Assembly (NCBI GenBank): GCA_000320545.1
Contig: ADNK01003488.1
Span: 2,303-66,302 of the forward strand
Reading direction: 5' to 3'
Source: Bigelowiella natans CCMP2755
Taxonomy: Eukaryota > Protista > Cercozoa
Length of the DNA stretch: 64,000 nt
The notes beneath the pieces were generated by a model. That model had not been told where the DNA came from, did not search any database, and saw nothing but the letters and a program-made list of their open reading frames with translations. Shown one piece after another: positions 1 to 13,300 of the stretch. The position numbers and the translations under genes were made by a program. Each line of letters opens with the position of its first letter. The stretch's first letter is position 1.

Positions 1-3
1 GTC

Positions 4-36
<33 letters not shown>

Positions 37-405
37 CAAAGTAAAGTAATACCGCTAATTTGTGGACCAACATAGCAATTATTCTCTCAATAATTAGAGC
101 ATCCTCTCCTCTTCCTCCTCCTCCCTGATCATAATTATCTCTGCATGCCTCTAGCACTTGCACTAAGGTCTATAACAACGACAAGTAGAGGAGGAGTAAG
201 TATCAAAGGACAGGATCGACATCATCAGAAACAACAGCGTATTATTATTTATTATTATTATTATTATACTATTATCATTATTATTGTTATTTGTACAATC
301 GTTGTCATCACAATGTGGAGGCAGCATGTATGTAGCAGCAGCAATTGTGAGTGAATTCAGACTGAACATATTCTATTAAAATATCACCAAATATTCTATT
401 ATTAT

Positions 406-440
<35 letters not shown>

Positions 441-985
441 TGGTTGCTACACCTTTTCAAACTGTTCAAAGAGCGGATAATGAGAGATTATTCCTAATAC
501 TCTAGGTCGGTATATCGGCTGATGATTGAATTGATTATCCATCCATTGATCAGTTACACTCATAAGTAAATACATGGATAAATACATGGATACGTAGCTC
601 ATCATCACAGAAAACATCTACATAGACAACAACTCACCAGGTGGTGGTGGTAGAGATGAGGATCATTAGTATACCCTACTACTACTACTAGTAGTACCTG
701 GGTAGCTCTAACATGAATATTTGTGGCAGCATCTGCAGCTTCGAAACCGTGTTGTATGATTGGGAAGACGCAGTCCTCATTCACGTGATAAGGAACATGA
801 AACTGTATCCTTATTGGCTCACCATCTTGCTGCTGCTGGTGGTGGTAGTGGTGGATTGTTTCCTGCACGTATTTCATCTCACTGGGTCCTCCTTGTAGAG
901 GCATTGCTTCACCATTTACCAAAATCACTTGGGAATGAGGCTTCAATCTGAGATATTATAATGTAAATTATGGGAGCTGTGTGTG

Positions 986-1019
<34 letters not shown>

Positions 1020-2131
1020 GGTGTCACATCCATCATTATTCGTACGAAAAAGTTGTCTTTCCATCGTTATCATAATCATCCTCATCAACATCATGCACCC
1101 TCCTTGACTTATTCAATTTATAGACCAATGGTTGTGTGCGAAAAGCTGCCTTCTTTTATTATCTGTCATCACTTCTTATCGTTATCTATTTGAATTCTTT
1201 CTGTCCTTCTCCCCCCCCCCCCTCCTCATTACTTCACACACCAATACTCTTAGAATACAAGCAACAACATTTGGTGAATGAATGACTTTATAGACACGAT
1301 GATGACACAACGCTGATGCTGTAATTATTCTTTATGCTGACGGTACTACAACTAAGTATTAGTTACTACTTATCGTAGTGCTACTGCTACTGGCACTATC
1401 ACTAGTACTAGTGATACTTGTACTACTAGTATGATTCTTCACCGTGACAACTTCTTGTCGACGTTGATAATTATTATGTCGTCGTAAGAATCTACGAGAA
1501 TCTAAAGGGGGATGGATAATCAATAATGTCAAAGAATACAACAGGGACCTCACCACTACAACAACAACAAACAACAAGATCTACTACTACTCTTCCCTTA
1601 CTCCTCCCTTATAATAACTAACACTTATTACGCTGAATAGATCCAGAGGATTGCTATGGAACTCATACCTGATAATGAAGATCACGATGACGACGATGGT
1701 GGTGGTGGTGGTGGTGGTGGTGGTGATGATGACGATGACAGATCATATGATGACGATGATAATGGTAATTTGGGTGAATATTACTGTACTATCCTGTAGT
1801 CGCTCTCTAAGAGGTTAGACGAAGGCCCAGGTCTTCGTAATCTAGTTGTTGTTACATGTTACGTATTGAGTGGTGGGGGTGGTGGTGGTGGTGGTGGTAG
1901 TGAGGTAACAACAACAGTGATAGTAGCAATGGCAGTAACAGTAAGCAGTAGCAGTAGTGGTAATGTTAGACACACAATCTATGAATAATTACACTTGACT
2001 CAATTCGTCAATTCATAGACTCATGATTATGTTGCATACAGATTGTGTTACTATTGTCTGTGTGATCTATAAATAGAGCCTACACAGCAGCAGGTTATTA
2101 TTGATTTAGTAGGGTAGTAATTAATCGATGC

Positions 2132-2180
<49 letters not shown>

Positions 2181-3463
2181 CTTACCTATCCGATATCAGT
2201 CTAGGAGGTAGTAGTTCGTTGTTGTTATTGTTGTTGTTGTTGAGGAGGAGGAGAAAAGGGACACGACATAATGTAAGAGTAAATATCACAATGCTTATAG
2301 GTCGTATAATTATTATTATTATTATTATTATTACTATACGTAAACTCAAGAGAATCGAAATAATAACAATGTGCTGCCTGTCTGCCAACTGTGATTGATG
2401 ATGCTACTAATTACTTATTCTTCTTGTTGTGTTGTTCTTTTGACTGTTATTACCTGATATCTCCACGATGGAAGTTTTCCGCAGCAGTAGAATTGCGAGA
2501 AGGTGGAGGTGGTCGCGGAGAAGGTGGAGGTGCTCGAGCTACTTGGTCTGCTGTGACAAAGGAGGATCACGAACAACGACGATGATGACGATAATGATGA
2601 TGATCATGATGATGATGATGATGATGATGATGGCCATAAGTTTCACACGCAGTAAGAGTGCCTATAATAATACCTATCGTTTTACTGTCCTTAGCAACAT
2701 CATCACCATCACCCTCGTCTACACTTTCTTTCTCAGTTTTGTTTTCTGCTTTGATCTGAATCGAGTAAGAAGGAGAGTCACATCGTTTAAACCATCACGT
2801 CTCAGTCGTGAACACTTTGAGGATATTAATTTAATGTTCTTCTTCTTCTTCTTCTTCTTCTTCTTCCTTGATATGGTACAATCGTTAACAATATCTCTGT
2901 GATGATATCGATTTATTGATAATATCCTTGATGTCTTAATAAAATAATAATAAACGTACTATAATAGGATTCTGGAGATTTCTTGGATCGTTCATGAACA
3001 CCCACCCCGACCTAAGAGATCATTCATTGCAGTATCATAATTATCAGTAACCACCACCGCCAACAAGAGACCCAACAGCAACGATTGTAGGAGAAATGAT
3101 TGAAAAGAGTAGCAGTCGAAGCAAGTGGAAGGGAGAGAAATCATCATCACTGATGACTAAAGTGATTGTTTAAAGGCGAGAACTCATATTCACTGAATCG
3201 TGTGAAAGGAGAAAATGAATGAGAGGGGAGAAGGATATCGCATTCATTTCCATCAAGTTTACAAATCACACTAAAATTACGCCAAGATATACTCTCCTAG
3301 TTAGTTAGTTATCGCTTCTTCATCTTCTTCTTCTTTAAGTTGAATCAGATATTTCTAATGATGTAAACAAGTAGTTAATAAATTAGTACCCATCAGCCAA
3401 TTTTAGATAAATCTGTCCATTATCGTCCTCGTGTCGTTCTCCTCGAGTGCTGAAGATTGTTCT

Positions 3464-3521
<58 letters not shown>

Positions 3522-3947
3522 AACTGCATACGCTGATGGATCAGGTAAGTGGTGGCGGTGGTGGTGGTGGTGGAGGAGGCGATTGTCATAAGCAATGAGT
3601 ATTCGTCACATCATGGAGAAGTAATCCTGGGAGTAGTAGTAAATACGTGTAGTACCCCTTTCTGCCTACGATGTTGCCTGTCAGCTCGGACTTCACGTCC
3701 GCCTTTGACCGCACACGGATGGAACCATATCTTTTTCATAAGAGAGAAGTGATGATCATCATGATTATTATAATGAAAAAGGTGATTGATTAGCTAGCAA
3801 AACACACAATATAACACAGCACGACACCAGGAGAAGGGTCGCTCACAACTGACAATCACAGACGAAGGGAAGCTCGTTCTCTAAATTCTAACCATGACAA
3901 CGAAGATGATAAAGACACAATGTTGACGACGCTAAAATGAGAATGCG

Positions 3948-3983
<36 letters not shown>

Positions 3984-6314
3984 GCAGCTAGCTATGACTA
4001 CTAATCACCAGCACCTGCAGTCAGGATTCATCTTCCAGCTCTCCTCTTCCTACAATATTGTTGATGTTTTTTGTTATTGATAAGAATCATGAATCATGGA
4101 TTATGATGATGATGATGATGATGATGATGAAATGATGGCGCTACCGAGTAGTAGTAGTAGTGATAGTAGCAGTAGTAGTAGCTCATGATGAATGTAACAG
4201 ATGGTTCTTTAGGATGATGATGATGATGATGATGATGATAGGGCAACAATGCTCTTTAAGATAGTGGCTATATTCAGACCTCTCACCCCCATGCTTATTA
4301 AACGGTGAAAGCAAAGATTTATTCATAATAGTCACATAATTCAGCTTCTACAGCAGCATAAGAACCTCCTTAGTATCGTCGCCGGTAGCAGTAGTAGTAG
4401 CATCAATGTTGTCGAATGGTTTGAAAAGTCTATCGACTACGCTCGGAGAATGAACGACTTATTAATACAGCAAATCAAGTACTAGTTACACCACGTTGGA
4501 TAATAATGGTATCATATTTACAGCAGCAAGTCGTAAGTAGTAGTTACACCATGTTGGATAAAAATGGTATCATATTTACAAGTAGTAGTTACATCATGTT
4601 GAATAATAATGGTATCATATTTACAGCAAGTCGTGAAAAGAAATGAAAACAAATCTCCCCTCCTCCTTCTACTATTCGTATTGCCTTCTCTCATCATCAT
4701 TATCATCATCATCATCATCATCATCATCGTCGTCGTCGTCATCGTACTGATCTCACCAGTACTCTGTCGCCGATTTTCCATCGGGATACGTTTAAGCTGA
4801 TCCCTCATCCTCCCATCTATCTCCTCGTCGTACTGCAAGAACACAGCGAAATTGCGTGATCCGTCTGTCTGCGTGAACACCTAAAAAAACACATGAGGAT
4901 GGATGATCAGTATAACATGAACGACGAGTTATTGTAGTAATCGGATAATAACAATGGCGAGTTTATGCTTCACTTTTCAACACTTACTCATCATGGTTGG
5001 TTTTTCCCACAAGGAAGATCCAAAATATAGTGCAAATTGAGTTGTTATGGTGATATACTACCGAGTAGAAGGATGATGGAGGTCGATAGTGGAAGGATAG
5101 TGTAGGAGCCTTTGGAAATGCCATCATGGCCCAACCCTTATCGGAAATGGGACAATCCTGCGTATTACAATGAGAGATCATGATGATGATGATGATAATA
5201 ATGATACCAATCGTGTACGATCGACTGACTGACGACCAACCAAACACAGAGCAACCAAGCCACTACGATGCTGCTGCTGCTTCTGTGCAGGGCAACTAAA
5301 CTTACCTTGTGTTCAAACGATGGCGCGTGATCTTTAAGCTCGCCTTTCAGTGTCATTCTATGGGTGTTGGTGGTATGTATGTATGTATGTATGCATGTAT
5401 GTATGTATGCGTACATTTACGCACTCAGCTGCCTAACCAGGTGATATGATGATGATGATGATGCTACTAGTACTCAGCAATCACAACCCAGACAAGTTGT
5501 TCAATTCAATACGTTGTACAGCACAATTTAAGAGGGAGGAGTACAGAATGTATCATTATTATTACGGTTGGTCTTTTTGTCTGCCCTGGATTAAATTCGT
5601 CTCAAATATGAGAAAGTAATCGATTAGCCGTTCCGAAAAGTCCGAAGTTTGGGTTGTTGATGCTTGTGACACCATCCGGTTTCCCCTATACCAAGTTATA
5701 GGACATAAGGTAGATTCTCATGGCAGATGGTGATGCTGAAATTTATGTCGCTGCAAGTTTATTGTGATGTTGGTTACCGGAGCTTTGCCATTCGTTGCCT
5801 ATCAATAACTTGCATCACGGCCCGTCGGAATCGCTTTTGACAAATAAAAATTATGATATATCACAAAGAATAACTGTAAAAGTTAATTTTGAATCTGATC
5901 TAGATTCAGAATACCTTGATGCCTTTTCCAAGTAAAGAGCGTTCTATTCGTTCAAAGGAACCCCCATGTTCTTTGCTAGTTAGGATCTTTCTCTGACCTC
6001 CCATTGCTCTGTAGAATATAGTGTAAAATATGGTAGGTATACATCATTATGATTAAACGGCAAAACATTTTATCCATTTGTATGGAGGGGACATTTCATC
6101 CGTCTTTATGGAGGAACACATTTTAAGATGTGATGAGGAAAAAGAGGCACGCACACCTCTGGAGGTCCATGACTTGAGAGAAAACTTTTGTAAGGGGATT
6201 TCCTTCTCTATCATGCTGGGAATTTGAGTTCCTCCTCATGTTCTCCTCTGATTCCAACACTTTTGTATCACTCGGAAGCGTTGACTCGCGTCTGCTAGCT
6301 GGACTGTCGTCCAT
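1..6314 (-). CDS. DENN-domain protein (Rab GEF), multi-exon, 3' part beyond window start
   Basis: Minus-strand exons translate to uDENN/DENN motifs: RLIDYFLIF (~5590-5620), LKGELKDHAPSFEHK (~5296-5355), DCPISDKGWAMMAFPKAP...PPSSFYS (~5065-5160), VFTQTDGSRNFAVFLQYDE (~4820-4880), PIYRPRVLGIISHYPLFEQFEK (~453-518). All are bounded by GT/AG. Likely start MDDSPAS at 6314. Introns are full of microsatellites, so the middle exons are uncertain. Confidence 0.8.
4477..4634. repeat. Three imperfect tandem copies of a ~45-57 bp unit (tagttacaccatgttggataataatggtatcatatttaca)
   Basis: Seen directly. Lies within the DENN gene, probably in an intron. Confidence 0.85.
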
Positions 6315-6777
6315 AACGTCGTTCAATGTGATCGAGATGTTTCAGTAATCCGTAGCAGCAGCCTTTAGTCCGTTCTAACCCTAGATGGCACAAACGATTC
6401 ACTCTTTACTACTGCCATTACTACTCTCATCGAGCCTCTCTAATCGCTGAGTTCTAGTAGTTCGATCAACACATGTAATACGTCTTATGCTCATAGCATC
6501 TAAGTAAGTTTCAGATTAAAGAATATCACATGTCGGCTCAGATGAAACCCCTGCATTAAATTAATATGAGTGTGCAACAACTGAGACAACAACTACCACA
6601 TCCCGTTTAACGCCACTACGATCGTAGTTTTCCTACGTCGGGTTCGGGTCCAAACATTGTTATTTTATCAAGTGAGCTTAATCGAGCCGGTTATGCATAT
6701 TATAGTATGTCGCATCACATAAAACCCATGCATTATTAAATATGTGAAAACCAGGAAAACTTGTGAAGCTGTCAGCA
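6315..6777. promoter_or_regulatory. Probable bidirectional promoter region between divergent DENN and quinone oxidoreductase genes
   Basis: About 460 bp between head-to-head start codons. No specific motif identified. Confidence 0.4.
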
Positions 6778-8296
6778 ATGGCATCCTCTTCCTTACATCC
6801 GAAAACGATGCTGGCCGGAAAAGCGGTGGACGCAAAGGTTGCTCTGCAAAAGATACCCATTCCAATTATACAGAAAGGCGAAGTCCTGATTAAGGTATGC
6901 TACTTTGGAATAAATCGAGCGGATATCTTACAGAGGAAAGGGTTGTATCCTCCTCCCGAAGGGACAACAGACGTTCTTGGCCTTGAATGTGCGGGGCTAA
7001 TTGTTGCTACCTGGAAAAAAGGGGAGGGCGCAGCTTCTTCCAAATCGAAATTTCTCGAAGGAGAAAGGGTCATGGCACTATTGTCGGGGGGTGGTTATGC
7101 CGAGTACGTAGTGGCAAAGGAGGAGACGGTGATGCGAATACCTCCAAGAATCTCTTTGCAGGATGCAGCAGCGATCCCAGAACAGTGGCTGACAGCATTC
7201 CAGCTTATCAAAATTGGAGAAGCGAAAATGGGTGATTACGTTGTTGTCCATGCCGCAGGGAGTGGCGTTGGAACATCTATCGTGCAACAACTTCGCCTCA
7301 TGGGAGCTTTTCCCATTGCGGTAGCAGGGAAAGCGGAGAAACTGGAGAGTTCAAAAAGTCTTGGAGCTGTTTTTGGTGTAAACTACAAGGAGTCAAAAGA
7401 GTTTGGCAAAGAAATTCTAAAATTTATGGTGAAGAGAACGAGAACAGAGTCGAAGGATAAAGGTGGTGATTCCTGATTCTCATCCTTCTCCAAAAAAGTT
7501 TGCAGTCTAAAGACTTGTTGTTGGTATGGCCGATACTTCGACACATAAAATTGCGTACAATTTTGTACAATTAGGCGTGGATTTGGTATTAGACTGTGTC
7601 GGAGCCTCGCATTTTGGAGAAAACATTCGATGCCTTGGAGTTGACGGACGATGGGTCCTCTATGGACTTCTGGGAGGGGCCAAGGTAGAATCACTTAAGT
7701 GTAGATTGCACGTAGATTTCATCTAATAATTTTGAAGGTAAATGAATTTAATCTTGGATTGATTCTGGGGAAAAGGTACAGTTGTGGTAACATGCAGCAG
7801 AAGAATTAATGCATATAACTTATGTCAAATCAGGATATCACTGAGAGGAACTACTCTACGTTCACGCTCGACGTTGTATAAAGCGGTAAGATTCAGTTTT
7901 GTAATTCTAATAACGGCTTTAATCTGAATTCTTTCTTATGTCTGCATTTATTCTAACCAATGTTTTTTTTAGAAACTTATCGAAGAGTTTGAAAAGCAGA
8001 TTCTCCCGCATTTCGGCACTAAAGGTGCTTTAGAGTTAATTGAATTTTACTTATGCTATATGATTCTATATGTTGTTGATTTACGCTAGAATAATTCGTC
8101 AGAAGGTGTGGCTGTTAAAGTGAACAAAGTTTTCGAGTTTAACGAGATCCAAGATGCTCATGATTACATGGAATCAAATAAAAATTTTGGGAAGGTATGT
8201 GCAATTTTACCTGGAGACTGACAATGCTGATGCCAAGTAACTTCATTTCCAAATTATCCCACATAGATTCTCGTGAAAGTCGTGAAAGATGCCTAG
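6778..8296 (+). CDS. NAD(P)H quinone oxidoreductase, PIG3/zeta-crystallin type (MDR family), 7 exons
   Basis: GINRADILQRKGLYPPPEG..LGLECAG, ALLSGGGYAEY, HAAGSGVG nucleotide-binding motif, GVDLVLDCVG, YGLLGG, GTTLRSR, AHDYMESNKNFGKILV. First intron 7463-7574, last exon 8267-8296. Confidence 0.93.
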
Positions 8297-8559
8297 TGTT
8301 TGCTTCAAGAGGCACGATCTTGTTGCTAGCATGCATTTAGAGACGCAGATAACATGCTGTTGAAATGGTTGGGGAAAATAGCCATTGCGACGAACAAACT
8401 CAGTCAAATAACTGGGAAAAAATTGATCAGCTAAATTAGGCACAGCTTTTTATTGAGCATATGTAGGATCTAATCTTCCCGATTGAATCTTCAGGTTTAC
8501 ACAACTACCATTGAACGTCATAGCTTAAACTTATGCATGAAGTAAAACAAACATGTGGA

Positions 8560-10050
8560 GTAGTGGTGGACACAACAGTCCTAGAGTGTGCCACATGCTA
8601 GCATGCAACAGAATGGGGGTCGCGAATCTCTGCGCTCTCAAGCATGCTAGTTTGCAGAAAACAAACAAATTTGCAGAATTGATGTTGTGCTCCCTTGCAT
8701 GACATGACAGACACAGCAATGTGATCATGCATGTGACACATTGCATGTCCATCATTGATCTAGTGATGACTTGCTAGCGCTTGCTAGCTTGGCTTGAGAT
8801 CCAAACTTCCTTCACTTGGCAACGAAGTCACCGGTGGCTGGGGCGACACGTCCATCCATCCCACCGGTCTAGCGGTGAACAACTGGAATGTGCTTTGTGG
8901 TTCAGGGGTGGGAGAAAAAGCCACCCTCGTTGTCAAACTCGTGACTCAAAAACTCCCCGCGCCCATCACCGCACTGGCGCACGTGAATTGCGCGCCAACA
9001 GGGCAGGGTGCAAGAACAAGAACAAGAACAAGAACAAGAACAATGATGAAAAACTGCGTTTCCAAAGTGTGGCAAGACACTTGCAATGCAAGATGCCTCG
9101 AACCAGGTTCAGTGAGGTCTGACCAGCAAATTGGCAGGGTTCGTGCAAGTTGGCATGAAGTCGAACGTTGAGAAACAACACAACCAGCAGCAAAGTGACT
9201 GCGACGCAAAGCATCCACTCTGAGCAAGAACTTCCTGATCTGGTGACAGCTGTGTCCACACGAAGGTGCAATGAGCAACAAACCAGCACGCGAACATTGA
9301 CACGCGCCAGAACCACATGGGAGACAGGCATGTGCACGCAGCAGAGCCTCAAAAAGTGAACGTCATTGCAAGGACTTGTCATCACCCTGTTGAAGGTGAG
9401 TGAATTGTGTGAAGGCTGGCAGCCGTCAATTGTCAGGAGCAGTCAGAACGTGTCCAAACTCTGACAGGAGCTAGTGGTTGAAATCGGCTGGCTCAGCAAC
9501 AGGAAGAAAAAATCAGGAGCGTCTCGACGGGGAAAAACCAGACTGACGAACAGCAGCGAAATCATCGAGCAGAGCAATGGTTCGACGGAAAGCCCTGTCG
9601 ATTTCTTTGTCAGTCAAAGGAACACCAGAAGTGACACCCAAGCTAGCAAGGCAAGGTGCAATTTTTCCTGGGAAGACATGGACGAAAAAACACGCAAAGT
9701 GATGACCTTGTCATGAGGTTCAGCCAAATGACGAGAGACAAGCTAGCAAGCCAACTGACCCTGCTAGCCTGCTCCAAAAACGGTCTCTGATGTCAAACGT
9801 TTCTTGACAGGAAAACAGAAGATGTCATTGTTTCATTGTTTCATTGTTGGAGAGACACACATTCGTGGGAATTGCACAAGGAGCACCAACCCTCGTGGGG
9901 CTCCAAGGCAAAAAACCTCGCTGAACAATGGACAATGAACAATGACAAAGAACTACATTTCGCTGTTGTGAAACAATGAAACAATGATGAAAAACTACAT
10001 TTCCAAAGTGTTGCAAGACACTTGCAGCGTGCAAAATGCGAACCAAACCA
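8560..10050. repeat. TpA-depleted intergenic island A, probable decayed repeat; 47-bp direct repeat at 9039-9085 and 9980-10026
   Basis: Between 8575 and 9950 every TA I could find lies in CTAG. Segments are shared with the flanks of the LTR element (9250-9263 = 32781-32794; 9304-9329 = 38827-38852). Confidence 0.75.
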
Positions 10051-10397
10051 AAAAGTTAGATGCTCTCACCGGCAATCAAAAACTCTAGAAACCCAGAAAC
10101 AGTTTGGTTTGGATTCAGTCGCAAACACAAAATGCCCTGTAATTAGCCTGTCGACCATCATTGCAGTCATGGATTTCCTCCTAGGATGCTCCTAGAAGTA
10201 GGTCTAGCAGAAATGGAACCAGAAGGAAGGGAGAAGAGCTTCCACTAGCAAGCAACAATCTCCTCGGAAAGGAGGGAGAGCTCTCTCGGCAGCAGGCTGC
10301 TCAAGGTTCATGACAAATTTGACAACAGAACTCTCGAATTGTGTCGGTTGAGTAGAAAATGATTCTTATTTACATCATGGCGTAGGATCGTGTTACA

Positions 10398-13300
10398 ATG
10401 TCTGCTGAAGACTTGGCGCTTGAACTCGAGAACAAAGTGGGGGAGTTCGAGGGTGGCCGCTCATACAAGCAAAAGAGAGTAAACTTTAGTTTAAACAATT
10501 TAATATTTTTTCTTGACTACTCGTATGCGCAGGAAGCACTTAAAGATCTCGTAGCTTTTCTCGGACAAAATAAAAAGGCTCGTGAAATTGTAAGGAACAA
10601 CGAGGAGGATCAATTTACTTGGAATTATGGAATCAGCCTAGGGATCCAGCTACTGGAAGGTGCTTTAAAAAGCAAAAGCAAGGCGGATTCAAATACACGG
10701 ACAGAATCCTGGGATGCATTCTGTAAGCTCCTCGAGATTGCTGAACTGGAAGGCTCCTTTATGAGTTCTAACATGCTTACCAATATAAACGGGCTTGTAT
10801 CGAGGGTACTCAAAGATTCACATAACAGAAATCCGTTGGGTCAGTACGTGGGAAAGATTGTCAAAATCTTGCTGTTATCTGATAAGTACAACAAAACGAA
10901 GGAAGTTCTAAATTTGTACGAAAGCTACTTTGACATTTTCTCACGCCCTCTGATAACTATGGTGAAGAAATCGTCGAAAACATTAAAGGGAACAGTATCT
11001 GGATCAGATGGAAAATTCATGCAAAACGCGCCCAATTACTGTGCAGATATATTACTGCTAATTATGAATTCAGACCCTCGTAACAGGATGCAATTTCTCG
11101 AGGAAAAAGTATTTCCATTTTACAGAGAGTATCTACAAGCGGGGCCTGGTCACACATCAACCACACAACGCCTTTTCCAAGGGCTTAACTCTGTCCTTCG
11201 AAAGCACGTAATGACAGCTGTGGGACCCTTCCGAATCTTTGCAGACTATATGATGCAATACTGCATTAAGTCATGGGGTAGCAGACGTCAGTCTACAGTT
11301 GTACGGGGAGAGATAATTAAATTTCTCAAGATAACTGTTAGAGTTAATTCGATTCTTCCTGCGGAGGACCAGTTGCAATCATTCTCTTCGAAATCAATTA
11401 TTCAGACTCTTGTGGGAATTTTTTATGCGGAAATTGTCTCTGCAAAGGACGGGGTATACATTGATGCTAAAATTGAGAGCAATCTAACGAACAGAGAAGG
11501 TTTCTATGGGGCAACCTTAAATGAAGCAACATACAATTTTCTCTATATTGCTACATACATAATTTCCATAGCGCGAGAGAATGTATTCGATCAACCTTAC
11601 AATGATGATGAGCTTGACGATGAGAACAAGAAATACAGCGACTTCGATGGATATAATAAGTCAACCCGAAACCCTATCCGCTCGTTTTGTGTGGGTGTGA
11701 TGAAGCAGGATACTGAGGTGGTACTTCAATTTTTATGTGTTTTAATGGCTCAATTTCCATCTACATTCAAGAGAATGTTTGGCTCACGAGACAAAAGCAC
11801 TACTAAAGCTTCCTTCACACAACTTCTGGAAAAACTACTAAGGGTTTTGCAAAAAGGAGCAAATTCAGTCAAACTTTGGGGCCTTATATGTTTGTGTTAC
11901 TTCACAGACGTTGTAAGCAACAAGACAAAGCAGTGGCAAATTGTGTGGAGAATTAGCAAAAGGATCCTCTCATACGGTAATCGTGACTGCAGGAGAATGG
12001 CTCTCTATTTACTCAAAAAGATTATTCAAAAGGGATTGGTATGCAAAAAAATGGTTATAGACGACTGTTCGTCCCTTATCAGGGAGAATTCTCTACTTGA
12101 ATACGAAAGTGTGATACTTCAGGATTCCATCTCATTTGACACGAAACCGACGAAACGGAAAAGAAGAAAAGTGCGATTGTCCACGATGACGTCTTCTTCT
12201 AACTCTGGAGAAATAAAAAGCAACTATGTAAGAGGGGCAAGGAGAAAGCCGATGAGAAGAAATATAATGGTGAATCAAGAAGAACAACAAGAAGAAAAGA
12301 CTGTATCAGCAATTGATGCAGTTGCTGCTCAATTCTATATGGTGGTTATGTCAAAAATCCCCATATATTATGAGGTGAAAACTCTTTCCATCATCGACAA
12401 ATGCATCGCAAAGATACCAAATAGTGTAGGACCATCAACAATTTTCTCCTGGTCAAGCATTGTATGTCGTCTATTGTTCTCTATTACCCACTTGGAAAAT
12501 GAGGATGACGCTGAACTAAGACGCAAGGGTAAAGATTATGATGCCACATATGCTGACGAAAATATTGGAATAAATTTGGTGAAAGGACATTACTTACGTG
12601 GGCTTAGAGAACAATTACGTTGTGATTTTGATTCATCATCAACCTACCCGAGTAGTACACCAATGTTGCAGTTTGCTAAACTAGTAGACTGCTGCAAAGA
12701 TCTGAGGCGACAGCAGCATCAGCAGCAGCAGCACGTATTGAAATGTTCTTCGTTGTTATCCTTCTCGTCGCCATCTTCATCTTCTTCTCACATACCACTT
12801 GTACCCACAATGGTTGCCGAAAGCTTACAGAACAGGATGTTAAGTGCGTTGCAATCTGCCGTTAACAATGCCACGACGCAGACGCAAAGTTGGACGAATG
12901 ACAGAAATAAGGACTATTCACGACGAAAAGATATTATCCCCGTCCTCCAGGAGCTTTCACTAAACATATTGCACTGGCTTCACATCATCGCGAAGTCTTT
13001 GAAATATAGGCATAAATTTCAGCGAGTAGATGAGAGTACTGATTGCCTCCTGGGTACATTTGAAAGCCTCCTTCGAGCATTATCAAACACAATTCATATG
13101 TTACTTCAATTGAAATCCTTTCCTCCCGTAGGATTTACTATTTTCCTTGAAGAGCTGCTTATCAAATACCACTCCGTATTTTCTTATTCACTGCGTGGCA
13201 TGGGCAGCAGTCTAGAATCGGATACTGTGGCGGTGGCAACCAAAAGAATAGGCAAAGCCTTTTTGCAAACTATGAAGTTTACCATTAAACTGTTCGAAGA

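Noticed and set aside
4477-4634. CRISPR-like array
   Set aside because: Adjacent degenerate units without unique spacers, no cas genes, eukaryotic intron context.
1-5500. Many short ORFs with poly-I, Y, M, V or H tracts (also 57000-64000)
   Set aside because: They are translations of intronic trinucleotide microsatellites. The real exons are the minus-strand DENN and PPEF segments.
8575-9950. CpG methylation decay or classical RIP as the cause of the TG/CA excess
   Set aside because: CpG remains common, and neither process removes TpA. RIP would increase it.
8531-10046. Overlapping Cys/His-rich ORFs in the islands (also 32664-33097, 52314-53289, 55943-56551)
   Set aside because: TpA loss removes TAA/TAG stops and Tyr codons in all six frames, creating spurious ORFs. 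No recognisable domains.
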